Shown here one piece after another: positions 24,490 to 25,857 of a DNA stretch of 25,857 nucleotides. The stretch covers positions 1 to 25,857 of the forward strand of contig JAHFRR010000003.1 of assembly GCA_023266165.1 (NCBI GenBank). Reading direction: 5' to 3'. The translations under genes were made by a program, and so were the position numbers. The notes under the pieces were generated by a model. That model worked only from the letters and a program-made list of their open reading frames with translations, did not search any database and was not told the origin of the DNA. The stretch comes from Thiotrichales bacterium. Its GTDB lineage: Bacteria; Pseudomonadota; Gammaproteobacteria; Francisellales; CACEW01. Numbering within the stretch: position 1 is the first letter of the stretch; every line of letters begins with the position of its first letter.

Positions 24490-24989
24490 AAAGCACGCTT
24501 CACGCCAGTTCAGGATTTTCGCTGTTAGAAAGCTTACTGGCGCTGGCCATCCTGAGCAGCCTGGTCTGGCTAGGGCTTTCGCTCTTTCATCCCGAAAGAT
24601 CAGAGCATCGATTACTGAAAAGCGAAGCACATCGCCTGGAAGTCTTTATCCAAGAGGCTCACACGCATGCTGTCATTCTGAATACCCCTCTTAGTATCAC
24701 CCCCGTTAACCCTCGCCATTGGAGCGACGGCCTGGTGTTGCAAACACTGAATACAGATGCCACACTCCACTCTGACTCCCGCTCTCAACCTCAAAAAATT
24801 TTAGCCCATTTTGATGCCATGAAACCCCCGATTCAATTGACTTACCAAGGATTTCCCTTAAGTCAGTCTCTGGTTTTTTACCCGACCCCCACTTTACAAA
24901 ACAGCAACGGGCGATTTACACTGCGCGCACGCAAAGAGACTCTGAGCTTGATACTCAATAAAGCGGGACAACTGGCTTATGCCTCATAA
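24486..24989 (+). CDS. fimT: FimT/GspH-family minor pilin (class III signal peptide)
   Basis: G|FSLLE prepilin cleavage motif plus hydrophobic helix, then WSDGLVL, NGRFTL and LILNKAG segments typical of orphan FimT; ATGA overlap with the recN stop. Confidence 0.75.
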   Translation: MKSTLHASSGFSLLESLLALAILSSLVWLGLSLFHPERSEHRLLKSEAHRLEVFIQEAHTHAVILNTPLSITPVNPRHWSDGLVLQTLNTDATLHSDSRSQPQKILAHFDAMKPPIQLTYQGFPLSQSLVFYPTPTLQNSNGRFTLRARKETLSLILNKAGQLAYAS

Positions 24990-25287
24990 TATGCCTCACA
25001 AGATGATCGTACAGCACGCGCACTCCTCGCTGGATGTCCAAAAGTGTTTCCAACAGGCTTTTGATCGAACCTCCAAACATCGCAAAACCATGTTTCGCGC
25101 CATTTCCCATATTTTAGCCCTGGCCAAAGAGCGTGGGTTTCTGAAAATAGAGAAAATGCGTATGGACTTCCAGCATCCTGAATCCCATAAACCCCAACAA
25201 GATCAATGGCTCACTGAGCTCTTTGAATTTGTCAGCCCTGACGAATGTCTCCAGCTGATTCAAGGATTTCAGAGCTTTGCGCTATGA
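24979..25287 (+). CDS. Hypothetical protein, up to 102 aa
   Basis: Fills the gap between fimT (11-nt overlap) and rlmH (ATGA overlap). No motif recognised. The start is ambiguous (24979, 24991 or 25003). Confidence 0.65.
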   Translation: MPHNMPHKMIVQHAHSSLDVQKCFQQAFDRTSKHRKTMFRAISHILALAKERGFLKIEKMRMDFQHPESHKPQQDQWLTELFEFVSPDECLQLIQGFQSFAL

Positions 25288-25724
25288 AAATCCAGATCTT
25301 ATCGGTCAGCCATAAACCCCCACTTTGGGCAGATAGGGCTTTTGAAGACTATGCCAAACGCCTTCCCAAAAACTATCAGCTCTCTCATCATGCCTTCCCT
25401 CCTAAAACACCTGCCCTGGAAGCCAAAGCATTGCTGACTCAAATCCCTGAAAAAAGTTATTTTATTTTATTAGATGTCCGCGGAAAATCGTTCTCAAGCC
25501 TTGAACTCTCTCAACAATTTGAGCGCTGGGAGCAGGGAGGTAAAGACCTGGTATTTGTGATTGGCGGACCTGATGGCGTGACACCTGAGATCCAAGCACG
25601 TGCTCATGAAACCTGGTCGCTCTCGCCCTTGACCTTTCCTCATGCCCTCGCCCGTGTGATGCTGATAGAGCAGCTCTATCGCGCCTGGACGCTCAAGGTG
25701 AGGCATCCGTATCATCGAGAATAG
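25284..25724 (+). CDS. rlmH: 23S rRNA pseudouridine-1915 N3-methyltransferase
   Basis: MKI......K.P.W....F.DY.KR, LD..GK..SS, FVIGG.DG, WSLS.LTFPH.L.RV.L.EQLYRA and HPYHR. Start moved to ATG 25284. Confidence 0.96.
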   Translation: MKIQILSVSHKPPLWADRAFEDYAKRLPKNYQLSHHAFPPKTPALEAKALLTQIPEKSYFILLDVRGKSFSSLELSQQFERWEQGGKDLVFVIGGPDGVTPEIQARAHETWSLSPLTFPHALARVMLIEQLYRAWTLKVRHPYHRE

Positions 25725-25747
25725 AGGGTATTTTGCAGGGCCACCTC

Positions 25748-25768
25748 ATGAAAACGGCTCAAACGTAA
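25748..25768 (+). other. Six-codon upstream ORF MKTAQT*
   Basis: ATG AAA ACG GCT CAA ACG TAA with CAGGG upstream. Its stop codon lies in the left arm of the hairpin at 25765..25788. Confidence 0.3.
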
Positions 25769-25788
25769 TAACCCAGGGAGGTCATTAC
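25765..25788 (+). promoter_or_regulatory. RBS-sequestering hairpin with CsrA/RsmA-type GGA loop
   Basis: GTAAT-A-ACC-CAGGGA-GGT-C-ATTAC: 8 pairs, one mismatch and a CAGGGA hexaloop. It matches CANGGANG and overlaps SD GGAGGT. Confidence 0.5.
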
Positions 25789-25791
25789 TAC

Positions 25792-25857
25792 GTGCCATTC
25801 ACTATCGTACACAGAGTGAATGACTGGAATTTTCTTGAAAAGGATGTGCAATTTTTG
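25792..25857 (+). CDS. 5' end of an unidentified gene running off the window
   Basis: GTG start 9 nt after GGAGGT; open frame MPFTIVHRVNDWNFLEKDVQFL to the window edge. Confidence 0.55.
   Translation, partial: MPFTIVHRVNDWNFLEKDVQFL

Noticed and set aside
462-25715. The many 60-140 aa alternative-frame and antisense ORFs in the track (e.g. 2649..3065, 4601..4954, 11862..12398, 16135..16491)
   Set aside because: All lie inside well-supported genes and show no recognisable motif or RBS.

Overview
Chromosomal window of a gammaproteobacterium, probably host- or protist-associated and Legionellales/Coxiellales-like. That placement is an inference from the orphan Legionella-type FimT, stand-alone RsxB, nth-DUF1841, ocd/arginase and two effector-like genes. 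The backbone is shuffled housekeeping DNA: ppa, nth, cydD, smpB, ratA/ratB, an ftsQ outside the dcw cluster, rsxB, parC, grxD, sodB, tRNA-Gly(CCC), pepB, ocd, arginase, nadK, recN, fimT and rlmH. Single accessory genes are slotted between these. They are an HD-domain protein with a di-cysteine tail, a coiled-coil/multi-TM protein with a p27-like RNLF motif, an AAA_14-DUF4143 ATPase, an AAA-ATPase/PD-(D/E)XK nuclease fusion, an intact Rpn (YhgA-like) nuclease with an internal RpnS-type start, and a second, decayed Rpn 5' fragment missed by the ORF track. Other non-obvious items are a two-SIS-domain MurQ/GKRP-like protein whose two MurQ catalytic-Glu motifs appear split between its halves, a dispersed BoxC-like repeat family, and a uORF plus CsrA-type hairpin over the RBS of a gene that runs off the right edge. 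No CRISPR array, integrase or IS transposase was seen. All protein calls come from recognising motifs by eye, not from database searches.
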